Below, in pieces: positions 47,246 through 56,445 of a stretch of 64,000 bases of DNA. Each line of letters begins with the position of its first letter. Within the stretch, counting starts at the first letter, position 1. Made by a program: the position numbers and the translations under genes. The stretch comes from Kiritimatiellia bacterium (lineage in GTDB: Bacteria; Verrucomicrobiota; Kiritimatiellia; RFP12; UBA1067). The notes below the pieces were generated by a model. That model was not told the origin of the DNA. It saw nothing but the letters and a program-made list of their open reading frames with translations, and searched no databases. The stretch spans positions 1,232-65,231 of the forward strand of contig DAOTKE010000001.1 of assembly GCA_035449085.1 (NCBI GenBank). Direction: 5' to 3'.

Positions 47246-48178
47246 TCATTTTCGCGGGGATATTCGCACGGCCATTGGGATGACGAAAGGCAGGCGGGCG
47301 TCTTTGACAAACCAGCGCGTGCCTTCGATGGTGACCTCGGCACCGATGTGCGGCCCGTAGGCGAGTTCCGGAGCCAACAGGTTGCAGAGGGGGACGGCAT
47401 CGCCGTCCGGCTCACGGGCCACGAGACAGAAGGGGGCGGAGATCGGGTCGATCCCGCCCCAGTCCAAGGTGCCGCGCAAGGTGACACGTTCGCCTTGGAC
47501 GGCGGTCTCATCCAGCACGAACCCGGCCAGTTCCGGAGGACGATGCACGACTCGGGGCGGTGTTGCAGGAGGCATGGGATCGGGGAAGCCCGGATCGGAC
47601 GGTGCGGCGGGATCAGACGGTTGCGCAGGCGGCTCGGACAATGCATTGAGCAGTGCGCGGTAAAGGTCGGTCGATGCCTGCGGCGCATCGGGCTCGCGGG
47701 GCCATTCAGCCAGCGGCTCGACCTGGTCGCGCAAGACCCAAAATGTCATGTTGGTGGGCGGGGCGATCTTGAGCCAGTCACCATACATGCCGCGTACCTG
47801 AACGGCCGTGCCGCGGTCAAGACTGGCAAGCGGGCGGAAGGCCGGGCCCGCGCCGGAGCGCACCAGACTCTTGTCGGCCAGCACCTTGCCGTCGCGGACG
47901 AGATCGCGGTAGATCCACACCGCGACCGAGGAAGGCGCCTCGACCGGTGTCCAGGGGGCGTCAGTCAACTCGCCGACAACGGCGAGCACCGACCCGGCGG
48001 GCAGCCAGGCAACCGCCTCGAGCGGTGAGTTGGTCGAGGCATAGAGCGCGAGACGCCCTTGGATGCCGCGCACGCTGCTGCCGCCAACCGCTTCGGCAAA
48101 GACCATCGTTCCGGCGGCCAACGCCGGCAAAAGCAACGGCAGGAACGCATGCCGTGAACGGGACGTGCGGAGTACCAC
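47246..48178 (-). CDS. Secreted bacterial SH3-like (SH3b) domain protein
   Basis: Signal peptide. VRSGAGPAFRPLASLDRGTAVQVRGMYGDWLKI matches the SH3b consensus. Pro-rich linker. Confidence 0.5.
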   Translation of the reverse strand: MVLRTSRSRHAFLPLLLPALAAGTMVFAEAVGGSSVRGIQGRLALYASTNSPLEAVAWLPAGSVLAVVGELTDAPWTPVEAPSSVAVWIYRDLVRDGKVLADKSLVRSGAGPAFRPLASLDRGTAVQVRGMYGDWLKIAPPTNMTFWVLRDQVEPLAEWPREPDAPQASTDLYRALLNALSEPPAQPSDPAAPSDPGFPDPMPPATPPRVVHRPPELAGFVLDETAVQGERVTLRGTLDWGGIDPISAPFCLVAREPDGDAVPLCNLLAPELAYGPHIGAEVTIEGTRWFVKDARLPFVIPMAVRISPRK

Positions 48179-48220
48179 GGTTCTCTCCCAAAGACCACGT
48201 TGCGATCAGCCTTTAAATCA

Positions 48221-48257
48221 AAACAGAAAAACCGCCCGCGTACGAATCCCCCGCGGG
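48221..48257 (-). terminator. Rho-independent terminator (minus strand) after the small basic-protein gene
   Basis: Minus-strand transcript CCCGCG-loop-CGCGGG followed by GGTTTTTCTGTTTTG U-tract. Confidence 0.5.
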
Positions 48258-48310
48258 ATGCCGGTACACAAGCGGTTGCAGACAAAAAAACGTGAAATCC
48301 GTTGGCGCGC

Positions 48311-48466
48311 TTACGCTTCCGGTTTGGTCTTGCGCAGACCCAACCCGCGATCGCCGTCTTTCCACTGGCCGCGCTTTTTCAGCAGGTTGACCCGCTCGAA
48401 GCGTTTCAACACATTGCGCTTTGCCGTAATCTTGCCCGAACCCTTCAAGCTGCTATGCTGACTCAT
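48311..48466 (-). CDS. Small basic protein (51 aa), unassigned
   Basis: MSQHSSLKGSGKITAKRNVLKRFERVNLLKKRGQWKDGDRGLGLRKTKPEA. RBS GGAGAAGAAGG upstream, own terminator downstream. Below the ORF-track size cutoff. Confidence 0.4.
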   Translation of the reverse strand: MSQHSSLKGSGKITAKRNVLKRFERVNLLKKRGQWKDGDRGLGLRKTKPEA

Positions 48467-48646
48467 GTGACCTTCTTCTCCTCTTCGCGACCGCTCTGGT
48501 CTGCCGGATGTGAGGGAATCACAATAGCAAAACCGGGCGGCTTTTCAACCGCAAATTTTTTGGTCAAGCGGGCCTCAAACTGACAAGCTCAAACTTGTCC
48601 TTGCCGCAAAGGCGGCACAAAGGTAAATTGATCGCTCACCGAATGA

Positions 48647-51600
48647 ATGATTTTGGGAAGACTCCTTATGATCAATAAGCTGTTTTTGGGCGACTCCCGT
48701 GAGGGTGCTTTTTTCCGTCGGGTGGATTGGACGGCCTTCTGGACCGCAACGCTGATTTCGTTTTTGGTTTACTTCTTTACGTTGGGGCCGTCGGTGACGC
48801 TGGAGGACTCCGGCGAGCTGGCGGTTGCGGGCGATCATCTGGGTGTGCCGCATCCGCCCGGCTATCCGATCTGGACGATGTGTGCCTTTGTGTTTGCGCG
48901 CCTCTTCAGTTGGGTGACCTATCAGGGGCAGCCGACGCCAGCGTGGAGCATCTCGCTGATGTCGGCGTTCTTTGCCGCGCTGGCGGCCGGCTTCACGGCG
49001 ATGTTGATCACGCGTTCGGCAACCGACATGCTGCGTGACGCGCATGACGGTGAGGAGGATTTCGATCCGGCTCAGAGCAATGTGCTGTGCTGGGTGGGCG
49101 GCGTCGGCGGCAGTCTGGTCTTTGCCTTCAGCCCGGTCATGTGGTCGCAGGCCACGATCGTGGAGGTGTACACGCTGAACGCCTTCTTCCTGATGTGGAT
49201 CTTCCTGTTGACCTATCGCTGGATGCGGCGTCCATCTGACAAAATTTTGTGGTTGACCGCCTTTGTTTTCGGGCTTGGCCTCACCAACTATCAGGTGCTG
49301 TTGCTGGCGGCGCTGCCGCTGGTGGTCATGATCTTCCTGCGTGACCTCGCCCTGTTCCGCGATTTCCTCATGGTCGGCATTCCGATCTTGCTGAGTGCGC
49401 ATGTGTTGCAGATAGGCGCGATGATGCCCGCTCAGCCCGGCATGGCGGGGCCCGCCTACGCGAAGGTGACGCCAGGCGCGTTGAATGCGGTAATGGTGCC
49501 CTCTCTGTCGCTGCTGGTGGCGGGCGCGGTGTGTGTGTTCTTGGGATTGATCGCGGCGCTGTTCCTGAAGGGCTGCGCGACCGGCGGAGCAACGAAAGGG
49601 CGTTTCGCGTTTCTCAAGAGTGTGGCGCCGCAAGGCGGCGCGATCGGCGCGGGTCTGACGGCCTTCGGCGCGTTACTGGTCTTCTTCTCGATGGGGGCGG
49701 CGAAGACCGGCGTGAAGGCGGCGACCGACCTGCCGCTGTTTGAGTCCTCGGTCTACACCAGTGTGGCGGGGCTGATCCTGTTGGTGCTCGCGCTCTGCAT
49801 CGGTGGCGCGTATGCGTACCGTGACCGGCTCAACGATAAGGCGGTGCTGGCCTGGTTGATCCCGGCGTGCGCGATGCTGCTGATCCTCTTTTTCAGGCTT
49901 TCCGCCATCAAAGGCACTGTGTTGCCACCAGGCTACATGGGACAGCCATTTGATTGGGCGCTGCCGTCGGTTGCGCTGATGGGTGGGCTGGCGGTGCTCT
50001 TTCTGCTGGGGGCGACCGTGCCGCGGGGCCTCTTCTACGCGATTCCCGTGGCGGCGGTGCAGATCTCCGTGTTTGTGCTGTTGCGCAAGGGCGGCATGAA
50101 CGGTCTGACGCACCCGACCTCCTGGTGGTTCTGGTGGGGCGCACTCTGGAATTTCGTCATCATCGGGCTGGCGTGGCTGACCCTGCCGCACGGGCGCAGC
50201 GTCGCGCTGACCACGCTCTGCGCCGAGTTGGGCGTGTCGTTCTACATTTACATGCCGATTGTCTCGGACCTGCGCAATCCGCCCATGAACTGGGGCTACC
50301 CGCGCACGTGGGAAGGGTTCAAGCACGCCATCACGCGCGGCCAGTATGAGAAGCTGGCGCCCTCCGATGTTTTCACCAAGAAGTTCCTCTTCCAGCTCGG
50401 CACCTACTTTACCGACCTGCGCGTGCAGTTCACCCTGATCGCGGCCACGCTGGGCTTCATCCCCTTCACGCTCTGGAGCTTCAAAATCGGCGGACGACGT
50501 ATCCGCGCCTTGTATGTGGCGAGTGCGTTCTATCTGCTGACCTGTGTGGTGGTGCTGCTTTCCGAAGTTATGGGCGGCGAGCCGGTGTTGCGTCTCGACA
50601 AACTCTTTATCGCGGCCATCCTGCTACTGTTACTGGTCGGCACCACTACGATCATGTTCCGCCAGATCGAAGAGTTCGCGCGCCGTACTTGGCGGGCGCA
50701 CAATCTTTCGGAGGGGCTGACAGCCGGCATCACGCTGGCGGGCATAGCGGCGGGCGTCGGACTTTTCGTGGCCAAAGGCATCCTCAGCATGATGAGCGGG
50801 CCGGGCATTGTGCCGGGTATCGGCGCCAAGGTCGGTGCGCTGGCTTTGGCGCTGGTTATCCTGGCGGCGGTCGGCACCGGCTGGTTCTTTTTCCGCCGGT
50901 GGGCCGAACGGCAGGTCGACTTCCGCTCGGACATGGATATGGTCACACAGCAGTGGCTCATCTCCACGACAGCCGGTTTCTTGGTCATGAGCGTGTTGCT
51001 CGTGGTGCTCGCCAACATCAAGGGCGACCTGCAGGACATGTTCATCCAGAAAGTGAAGTTCATCAGCTCGCACGGCCTCTTTGCGATCTGGATCGGTTAC
51101 GGCCTCGTTTTCGGTCTGTCGGTCGGCAACCGCCTGCTGAAGACTTTGGTCAAGCGCGGTACGTTGCCTGCGGCTTTGCTGAAGCCGTTGCGCACCGGCA
51201 TGCTGTGCGCGGGACTGTTGGTCGCGGCCATCCCGATCTACGAGAACTACACCAACGAGTATCTGGTCTTTTCGATGAGCGGCGCGGAACAGAACGGCCA
51301 CGATTTCGGCTGGCAGTTCGGCAATTACCAGTTGCGCGGCGCGGACGCGATCACGGAGGAGCTGGATGCCGACGAGGAGCCGCTGCCCAACCCGCTCTAC
51401 CCGCCAGAAATGGAGCCCAACGCCATCTTTTTCGGCGGCACGGATCCCGGGCGCTTTGTGCCCACCTACATGATCTACTCGGCGCGGGTGCGGCCCGACG
51501 TTTTCCTGATCACGCAGAACGCGCTGGCCGACAACACCTACATGAACACCATGCGCGACCTGTACGGCAATCCTATCTGGATTCCGACGCCGGACGACAG

Positions 51601-52813
51601 CGCGCGCGCCTTTCAGATTTATGTCGATGAGGTGCAGGCAGGCAAGCGCCCCAAGAACGCCGATCTGACGATCGAGAACGGCCGCGTGCAGGTGAGCGGT
51701 GCGCTGGGCGTGATGGAGATCAACGGCATCCTGTGCGACATGATCTTCCAGAAGAACAAGGCGCGTCACGCTTTCTATATCGAAGAGAGCTACGTCATCA
51801 ACTGGATGTTCCCGTATCTCACGCCGCACGGGCTGATCATGAAGATCAACTCCGAGCGGACGCCGATCGAGCGTACGAACATGCAGGACGATATGATGTT
51901 CTGGGATTGGTACACGCGCCACCTGCTGCGCTCTCCGATGTTCCGGCGCGACCTGCCGGCCCAGAAGTCGTTCTCCAAGTTGCGCAGCGCGATCGCCGGT
52001 CTTTATGCGGCACGCGGCATGCTGGTCGAAAGCGAGCGGGCGTTCCAGGAGGCGCGGACGCTCTATCCGGTCAGCCCGGAGGCCAATTTCCGCCTGGTCC
52101 AAGAGGTGTTGCTGCGCCAGGCGCGCTACGACGAGGCGATCGACATTCTCGATGAGTACAACCGGCGCGACCCGAACAACGGGCGCGGCTTCGATTTCGT
52201 CTCGTTCATTCGCCGCGTGCGCGCGACCGAGGCCAAAGTGCGCGACCTGACCGCCAAAGCGCAGGCCAACAAGCAGCTCTCACCGGAAGACGCCTTTGAA
52301 CTGGCCATGGCCTACCGCGAGCTGGGGCAAAACGAACCGGCCGCTTCCTATCTCAACCAACTGGCGGTCCTGCCCAATCTCCCGGTCGAGCGGCTGCTCG
52401 AAATCGGCGCGTTGCTCGGCAGCCTCAAGAAGCATGAAGATGCTGCCAAGGTGATGGATAACGTGATGGCGCGCCTGCCGGCCAACCTCCCGCCTGAACA
52501 GCTCATGGAGATCGTGCGGGTGTACGGCGATGCTGGCCAGCCGGACAAGATGATCGTACCGCTTTCGCGTTATCTGCAGATCCGCCCGAATGATTGGAAC
52601 GCATGGATCGACATGGCGACACTCAGCGCGTTGCGCCAGCAGCAGCAACAGATGCAATACGCGTTGCGTAAGGCGCTGGAACTGGGCAAAGGGCAGGCGA
52701 TGCAGCGGATTCAGGAGAACGGTGTGCTGCGTCAGGTTGCAGGGCCGATTTTGCAGCAGATGATGCAGCAGGGGCCGGTCGGGCTGCCGGGCCTGGGGCC
52801 GCGAGGGCAGTGA
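48647..52813 (+). CDS. DUF2723 (TMEM260-like GT-C glycosyltransferase fold) membrane protein with C-terminal TPR repeats
   Basis: 1388 aa, more than 20 TM helices. DSGELAVAGDHLGVPHPPGYP is the DUF2723 hallmark. C-terminal 400 aa are TPR-like. Confidence 0.7.
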   Translation: MILGRLLMINKLFLGDSREGAFFRRVDWTAFWTATLISFLVYFFTLGPSVTLEDSGELAVAGDHLGVPHPPGYPIWTMCAFVFARLFSWVTYQGQPTPAWSISLMSAFFAALAAGFTAMLITRSATDMLRDAHDGEEDFDPAQSNVLCWVGGVGGSLVFAFSPVMWSQATIVEVYTLNAFFLMWIFLLTYRWMRRPSDKILWLTAFVFGLGLTNYQVLLLAALPLVVMIFLRDLALFRDFLMVGIPILLSAHVLQIGAMMPAQPGMAGPAYAKVTPGALNAVMVPSLSLLVAGAVCVFLGLIAALFLKGCATGGATKGRFAFLKSVAPQGGAIGAGLTAFGALLVFFSMGAAKTGVKAATDLPLFESSVYTSVAGLILLVLALCIGGAYAYRDRLNDKAVLAWLIPACAMLLILFFRLSAIKGTVLPPGYMGQPFDWALPSVALMGGLAVLFLLGATVPRGLFYAIPVAAVQISVFVLLRKGGMNGLTHPTSWWFWWGALWNFVIIGLAWLTLPHGRSVALTTLCAELGVSFYIYMPIVSDLRNPPMNWGYPRTWEGFKHAITRGQYEKLAPSDVFTKKFLFQLGTYFTDLRVQFTLIAATLGFIPFTLWSFKIGGRRIRALYVASAFYLLTCVVVLLSEVMGGEPVLRLDKLFIAAILLLLLVGTTTIMFRQIEEFARRTWRAHNLSEGLTAGITLAGIAAGVGLFVAKGILSMMSGPGIVPGIGAKVGALALALVILAAVGTGWFFFRRWAERQVDFRSDMDMVTQQWLISTTAGFLVMSVLLVVLANIKGDLQDMFIQKVKFISSHGLFAIWIGYGLVFGLSVGNRLLKTLVKRGTLPAALLKPLRTGMLCAGLLVAAIPIYENYTNEYLVFSMSGAEQNGHDFGWQFGNYQLRGADAITEELDADEEPLPNPLYPPEMEPNAIFFGGTDPGRFVPTYMIYSARVRPDVFLITQNALADNTYMNTMRDLYGNPIWIPTPDDSARAFQIYVDEVQAGKRPKNADLTIENGRVQVSGALGVMEINGILCDMIFQKNKARHAFYIEESYVINWMFPYLTPHGLIMKINSERTPIERTNMQDDMMFWDWYTRHLLRSPMFRRDLPAQKSFSKLRSAIAGLYAARGMLVESERAFQEARTLYPVSPEANFRLVQEVLLRQARYDEAIDILDEYNRRDPNNGRGFDFVSFIRRVRATEAKVRDLTAKAQANKQLSPEDAFELAMAYRELGQNEPAASYLNQLAVLPNLPVERLLEIGALLGSLKKHEDAAKVMDNVMARLPANLPPEQLMEIVRVYGDAGQPDKMIVPLSRYLQIRPNDWNAWIDMATLSALRQQQQQMQYALRKALELGKGQAMQRIQENGVLRQVAGPILQQMMQQGPVGLPGLGPRGQ

Positions 52814-52814
52814 G

Positions 52815-54488
52815 ATGACGCATACCCTGTCACGCGCGTTGGGCTGGTCCGTCGCCGCTGCGATCATTGCCGGTGCCGCTGTGCTGCGACTGCCGCGCCT
52901 CGACCAGCGTCCAATGCACGGTGACGAGGCCAACCAGGCGGTAAGGACGGGGCTGCTGCTGGACCAGGGCTTTTACCACTACGATCCTGCCGATCATCAC
53001 GGTCCAACGCTCTATTTCGCGGCCTGGCCGTTCTGCCGCGTGACGGCGCGAACTTTCGCTGAAACAACCGAATGGAACTACCGTCTGGTGCCGGTGACGT
53101 TCAGCCTGCTCACACTGCTGATGATGCTGGGGCTGGGTTCACGTGAGAGCGGCCACGGTCTGTTCGCCAGCCGGGCAGGAATCTACAGCGCTGCGCTCCT
53201 CACCGCCGCATCACCGGCGATGACCTACTATAGTCGCTTCTTCATTCAGGAATCGATGCTGCTCACCTTCCTGACCGGCATGCTGCTGTGCGCCATGCGC
53301 TACGCCGCCGCGCACAGCAGCCTAGAGGCCAGAGGTCAGAGGTCAGAGGTCAGCAACCAGCAACCAGCAACCAGGAACCAGCAACCTGTAACCCTCCTCT
53401 GGGCTGCTGGCTTCGGCGCGTTTGCGGGGCTGGCCGCCGCGACCAAAGAGACGGCGGTGCTTTCGTTCGCCGCGGCGGCGGTGGCGCTGGTCGTGGCTTG
53501 CGGCTTCGGTCGTTTGTGGCGCATGTGGCGTACCCGCGACGCGCTGGTGGCGGTCGGTGCGGCCGCGTTCGTGGCCGTGCTCTTCTACTCCTCGTTCTTC
53601 ACTTACTGGTGCGGCGTTTACGACGCGCTCTTTTCAACTTTCCAGACCTATCACACGCGGGCCACGGCGGTGCCTGAACATCAGCATCCCTGGGATTTTT
53701 ATCTCAAGATCATCTTCTGGTTCAAGTACGGGCGCGGCCCCGTGTGGAGCGAAGCCGGCTTGCTGCTGCCGGCCGCGCTGGCGGTCGGTCTTGCCTTCCT
53801 GCCGTTCCGGCGACCAAGCGCGGTGGACGCGGGAACCCGGACGCGCCGGCGCTGGTTGCGTTTTCTGTCGGTCTATACGCTGGCCCTGACGGCGCTCTAC
53901 AGTGCGATCCCCTACAAGACACCATGGTGTGCGCTCTCGTTCCTGCACGGTTTCATCCTGCTCGCCGGAGCGGGTGTCGACGCATGCTGGATGGCCTGCT
54001 CGCGGAGGACAGACACCGCAGGATCTGAATCGGTCTTCGCGCCGTTGCGCCTGTGCGGGAAGCTGGCTGTCGTGCTGCTCGTCGCCGCACTGGTCTGGCG
54101 GCATGCGGCGCAGGCGCGCCGCGCCTGTTTCAAAATGCCGGCCGATCCGCGCAACCCATACGTCTACGCGCATACCGGCAGCGACGCGATGAACCTGGTG
54201 GCCGAGATCGAACGTGCCGCGCGGCACGCAGAGGGAACCGACACCCTGATCGCGCTGGCGGTGCCCACGCCCGACACCTGGCCGCTGCCGTGGTATCTGC
54301 GCAAATACCGCAACGTAGGATATTGGACTCGCGTCGTCGATATCCCGGCCGATCTGCAGCCGACCGTGGTGGTTGCCGCCGCCGATCAGGGTGATGCGGC
54401 TGACGAGCGTTTCGGGCGCGGCAAGCGTGCTTCCTTTTTCGGTATCCGCCCCGGTGTGCTTCTGAACCTGTTTGTGCCTGAAAAGTGA
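52815..54488 (+). CDS. GT-C fold glycosyltransferase, PMT_2/ArnT-like (TIGR03663 family)
   Basis: 557 aa, multi-TM. N-terminal loop MHGDEANQA (DE motif of PMT/ArnT family). Starts 1 nt after the DUF2723 stop. Confidence 0.65.
   Translation: MTHTLSRALGWSVAAAIIAGAAVLRLPRLDQRPMHGDEANQAVRTGLLLDQGFYHYDPADHHGPTLYFAAWPFCRVTARTFAETTEWNYRLVPVTFSLLTLLMMLGLGSRESGHGLFASRAGIYSAALLTAASPAMTYYSRFFIQESMLLTFLTGMLLCAMRYAAAHSSLEARGQRSEVSNQQPATRNQQPVTLLWAAGFGAFAGLAAATKETAVLSFAAAAVALVVACGFGRLWRMWRTRDALVAVGAAAFVAVLFYSSFFTYWCGVYDALFSTFQTYHTRATAVPEHQHPWDFYLKIIFWFKYGRGPVWSEAGLLLPAALAVGLAFLPFRRPSAVDAGTRTRRRWLRFLSVYTLALTALYSAIPYKTPWCALSFLHGFILLAGAGVDACWMACSRRTDTAGSESVFAPLRLCGKLAVVLLVAALVWRHAAQARRACFKMPADPRNPYVYAHTGSDAMNLVAEIERAARHAEGTDTLIALAVPTPDTWPLPWYLRKYRNVGYWTRVVDIPADLQPTVVVAAADQGDAADERFGRGKRASFFGIRPGVLLNLFVPEK
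53324..53393 (+). repeat. In-frame heptanucleotide tandem array (AGAGGYC)x4-(AGCAACC)x3-AGGAACC-AGCAACC-TGTAACC inside the TIGR03663 gene
   Basis: 10 consecutive 7-nt units. Encodes the low-complexity loop EARGQRSEVSNQQPATRNQQPVT. Confidence 0.75.
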
Positions 54489-54570
54489 CGATGTTTGGGT
54501 TGATGGGGGAAGGCGCGGGAATAGACGTGTACGGATAATGCCGGAGAAACGAGACTGGATCTTCTGAAAG

Positions 54571-55803
54571 GTGAAATGGGGTTGTATGATGTTGTTTAAT
54601 CAGTCTGGGTCAGGTGTCAGGGGGAAAAAGCGTTTTCAGCTCGGCATGTTCGGCAAGGTCGTCTTAGCGATTCTCTGCGGTGTGATACTCGGTTTGGCGC
54701 TATGCGGTGCGGGGGTTTACGGTACGGTCGGTTTGCGCCTGATGAAGACCTTCAACATCCTGTTCGCGCAGGTGTTGAAGTTCATCGTGCCGCTCTTGAT
54801 TCTCGGACTCGTGACACCCTCCATTGCCAGCGCGGGTCGGGGAGCGGGACGGCTGTTGCTGATCGTTATGGTTTTTTCCTATCTTTCGACGTGTGCGGCT
54901 GCGTTTTTCGGCTATCTAGCGGGCGGGTGTCTGTTGCCGAATTATGTCGTGCAGGGATCTGTTGCCGCCGTTGAGAAGGGTTCCGAGATCCTGCCCTACG
55001 TCGAGATCAAGATCCCGCCGCTGTGCGATGTCCTGACGGCTCTGGCATTGGCGTTCATGATCGGAGTGGGTACGGTCGTGACCGGCTCGGATACGCTGAG
55101 ACGGGGGTTCGAGGAGTTCGGTGAGATTGTCAAACTCACGATCATGAAGGTCATCATCCCGGGACTGCCGCTCTATATCATGACGATGATCGCCGAGATG
55201 GCAGCATCGGGGAAGATCGGCACGATGGCCGGGACGATGTTCAAGGTCATTGGAACAGGCTGGGCGTTAACGATTGTCTTTCTTGCGCTTCTTTATACGT
55301 TGGCGGGGATTGTCGCAAAGAAGAACCCCTTCGTGTGTCTCTGGAACATGGGGCCGGCTTACCTGACGGCACTCTCGGTTGCATCCTCATCGGCGGTGAT
55401 TCCCGTGACTCTGGAGTGTTGCGGAAAGATTGGTATCTCACGAAACATCCGTGATTTTGTCATTCCCCTGTGCGCGAACGTACACATGGTGGGCAGCGCG
55501 ATCAAGTTGATGGTCAGCACCCTCGCCGTCGTCATTATCTACGACCTTGACCTGTCCGTCGCCCAGGTCATTCATTTTATCCCCCTGTTCGCGATTGCGG
55601 CCGTGGCGGCACCAGGCGTGATGTGTGGGGTCTTGATGGCCTCGGTTGGCTTTGTGGAGTCTATCATGGGACTGACGCCCGAGCAGATTTCCGTGATGAT
55701 GACGTTTTATATGGCGCTTGACGGATATGGCCCTGCGGCCAATGTGACCGGAGACGGTGCCATTGCGCTGGTCGCTGACCGTTTCTTCGGGGAGAAGGCG
55801 TGA
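54571..55803 (+). CDS. Dicarboxylate/amino acid:cation symporter (DAACS family; GltP/SstT-like)
   Basis: 410 aa, about 8 TM helices plus hairpins. C-terminal NVTGDGAIALVADRF motif. Start may be a later Met (54586 or 54643). Confidence 0.8.
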   Translation: MKWGCMMLFNQSGSGVRGKKRFQLGMFGKVVLAILCGVILGLALCGAGVYGTVGLRLMKTFNILFAQVLKFIVPLLILGLVTPSIASAGRGAGRLLLIVMVFSYLSTCAAAFFGYLAGGCLLPNYVVQGSVAAVEKGSEILPYVEIKIPPLCDVLTALALAFMIGVGTVVTGSDTLRRGFEEFGEIVKLTIMKVIIPGLPLYIMTMIAEMAASGKIGTMAGTMFKVIGTGWALTIVFLALLYTLAGIVAKKNPFVCLWNMGPAYLTALSVASSSAVIPVTLECCGKIGISRNIRDFVIPLCANVHMVGSAIKLMVSTLAVVIIYDLDLSVAQVIHFIPLFAIAAVAAPGVMCGVLMASVGFVESIMGLTPEQISVMMTFYMALDGYGPAANVTGDGAIALVADRFFGEKA

Positions 55804-56010
55804 GAAGGAGGCGACGCTGCCCGTATTCAATCTCACACACGAAGGACACCACGTAAGTGGTTGCCGGGTTCCGTGGCGTCGTCAGCGCGGTCCGTCAAAT
55901 AGAAAAGACACCGTAGGTTTTTTTGAGGCGGTCAGATTTCCAGTGCCCGAAATTAAGTTGCGCGAAAGCCGGAATTCGGTATTCTATCTTCTGTGGAAGG
56001 GATTATTGCT

Positions 56011-56445
56011 ATGAAATCTATAGTTGCGCCAATCGCTGTTCTGGGAACTGTTGCTGTTCTGGCTGATCCTGTAGGCGGGGCCGGCGAGTGGGAGTTCACC
56101 GGTGAAGCCCCCGACCAGCAGCTTACAGTGTTGTCCGGCGAGTGTACGATCGATGAAGCCATTGATGGCTGCAGCCAGGTGTACATCCTGGAAGGTGCGA
56201 AACTGACGCTGAATGTCGACGAACCATTTATCTCCCAGCCGGAACTGCACAACTTCGGCACCTTGGAGTTGAACGGATACTCCATTTCGGTCAGGAGGTT
56301 CGACAACACGATCGAGAGTAGCGCCATCCGGGGGAAGTTGCCGATGGTGGTCAATTCCTCCGAGGAACCTGTTTCCTTGCGGGTGACGGGCGGGGCAAGC
56401 TCTTGCTATTATACGGATCCATTCGCGAGAACCCTGGCAGGATAG
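56011..56445 (+). CDS. N-terminal fragment (signal peptide plus ~110 aa) of giant PATR/discoidin surface protein 3; frame lost between 56322 and 56445
   Basis: ATG 56011 with RBS GGAAGG. Signal peptide MKSIVAPIAVLGTVAVLA. PATR-like strands. Reading frame of 56403..59228 is open from 56322. Confidence 0.55.
   Translation: MKSIVAPIAVLGTVAVLADPVGGAGEWEFTGEAPDQQLTVLSGECTIDEAIDGCSQVYILEGAKLTLNVDEPFISQPELHNFGTLELNGYSISVRRFDNTIESSAIRGKLPMVVNSSEEPVSLRVTGGASSCYYTDPFARTLAG

Noticed and set aside
50630-52102. 490-aa minus ORF inside the DUF2723 gene, 59418..60698 minus inside ileS, 42571..43767 plus inside the rSAM gene, and 29594..30856 plus inside pfp
   Set aside because: All are Arg-rich antisense shadows of well-supported genes.
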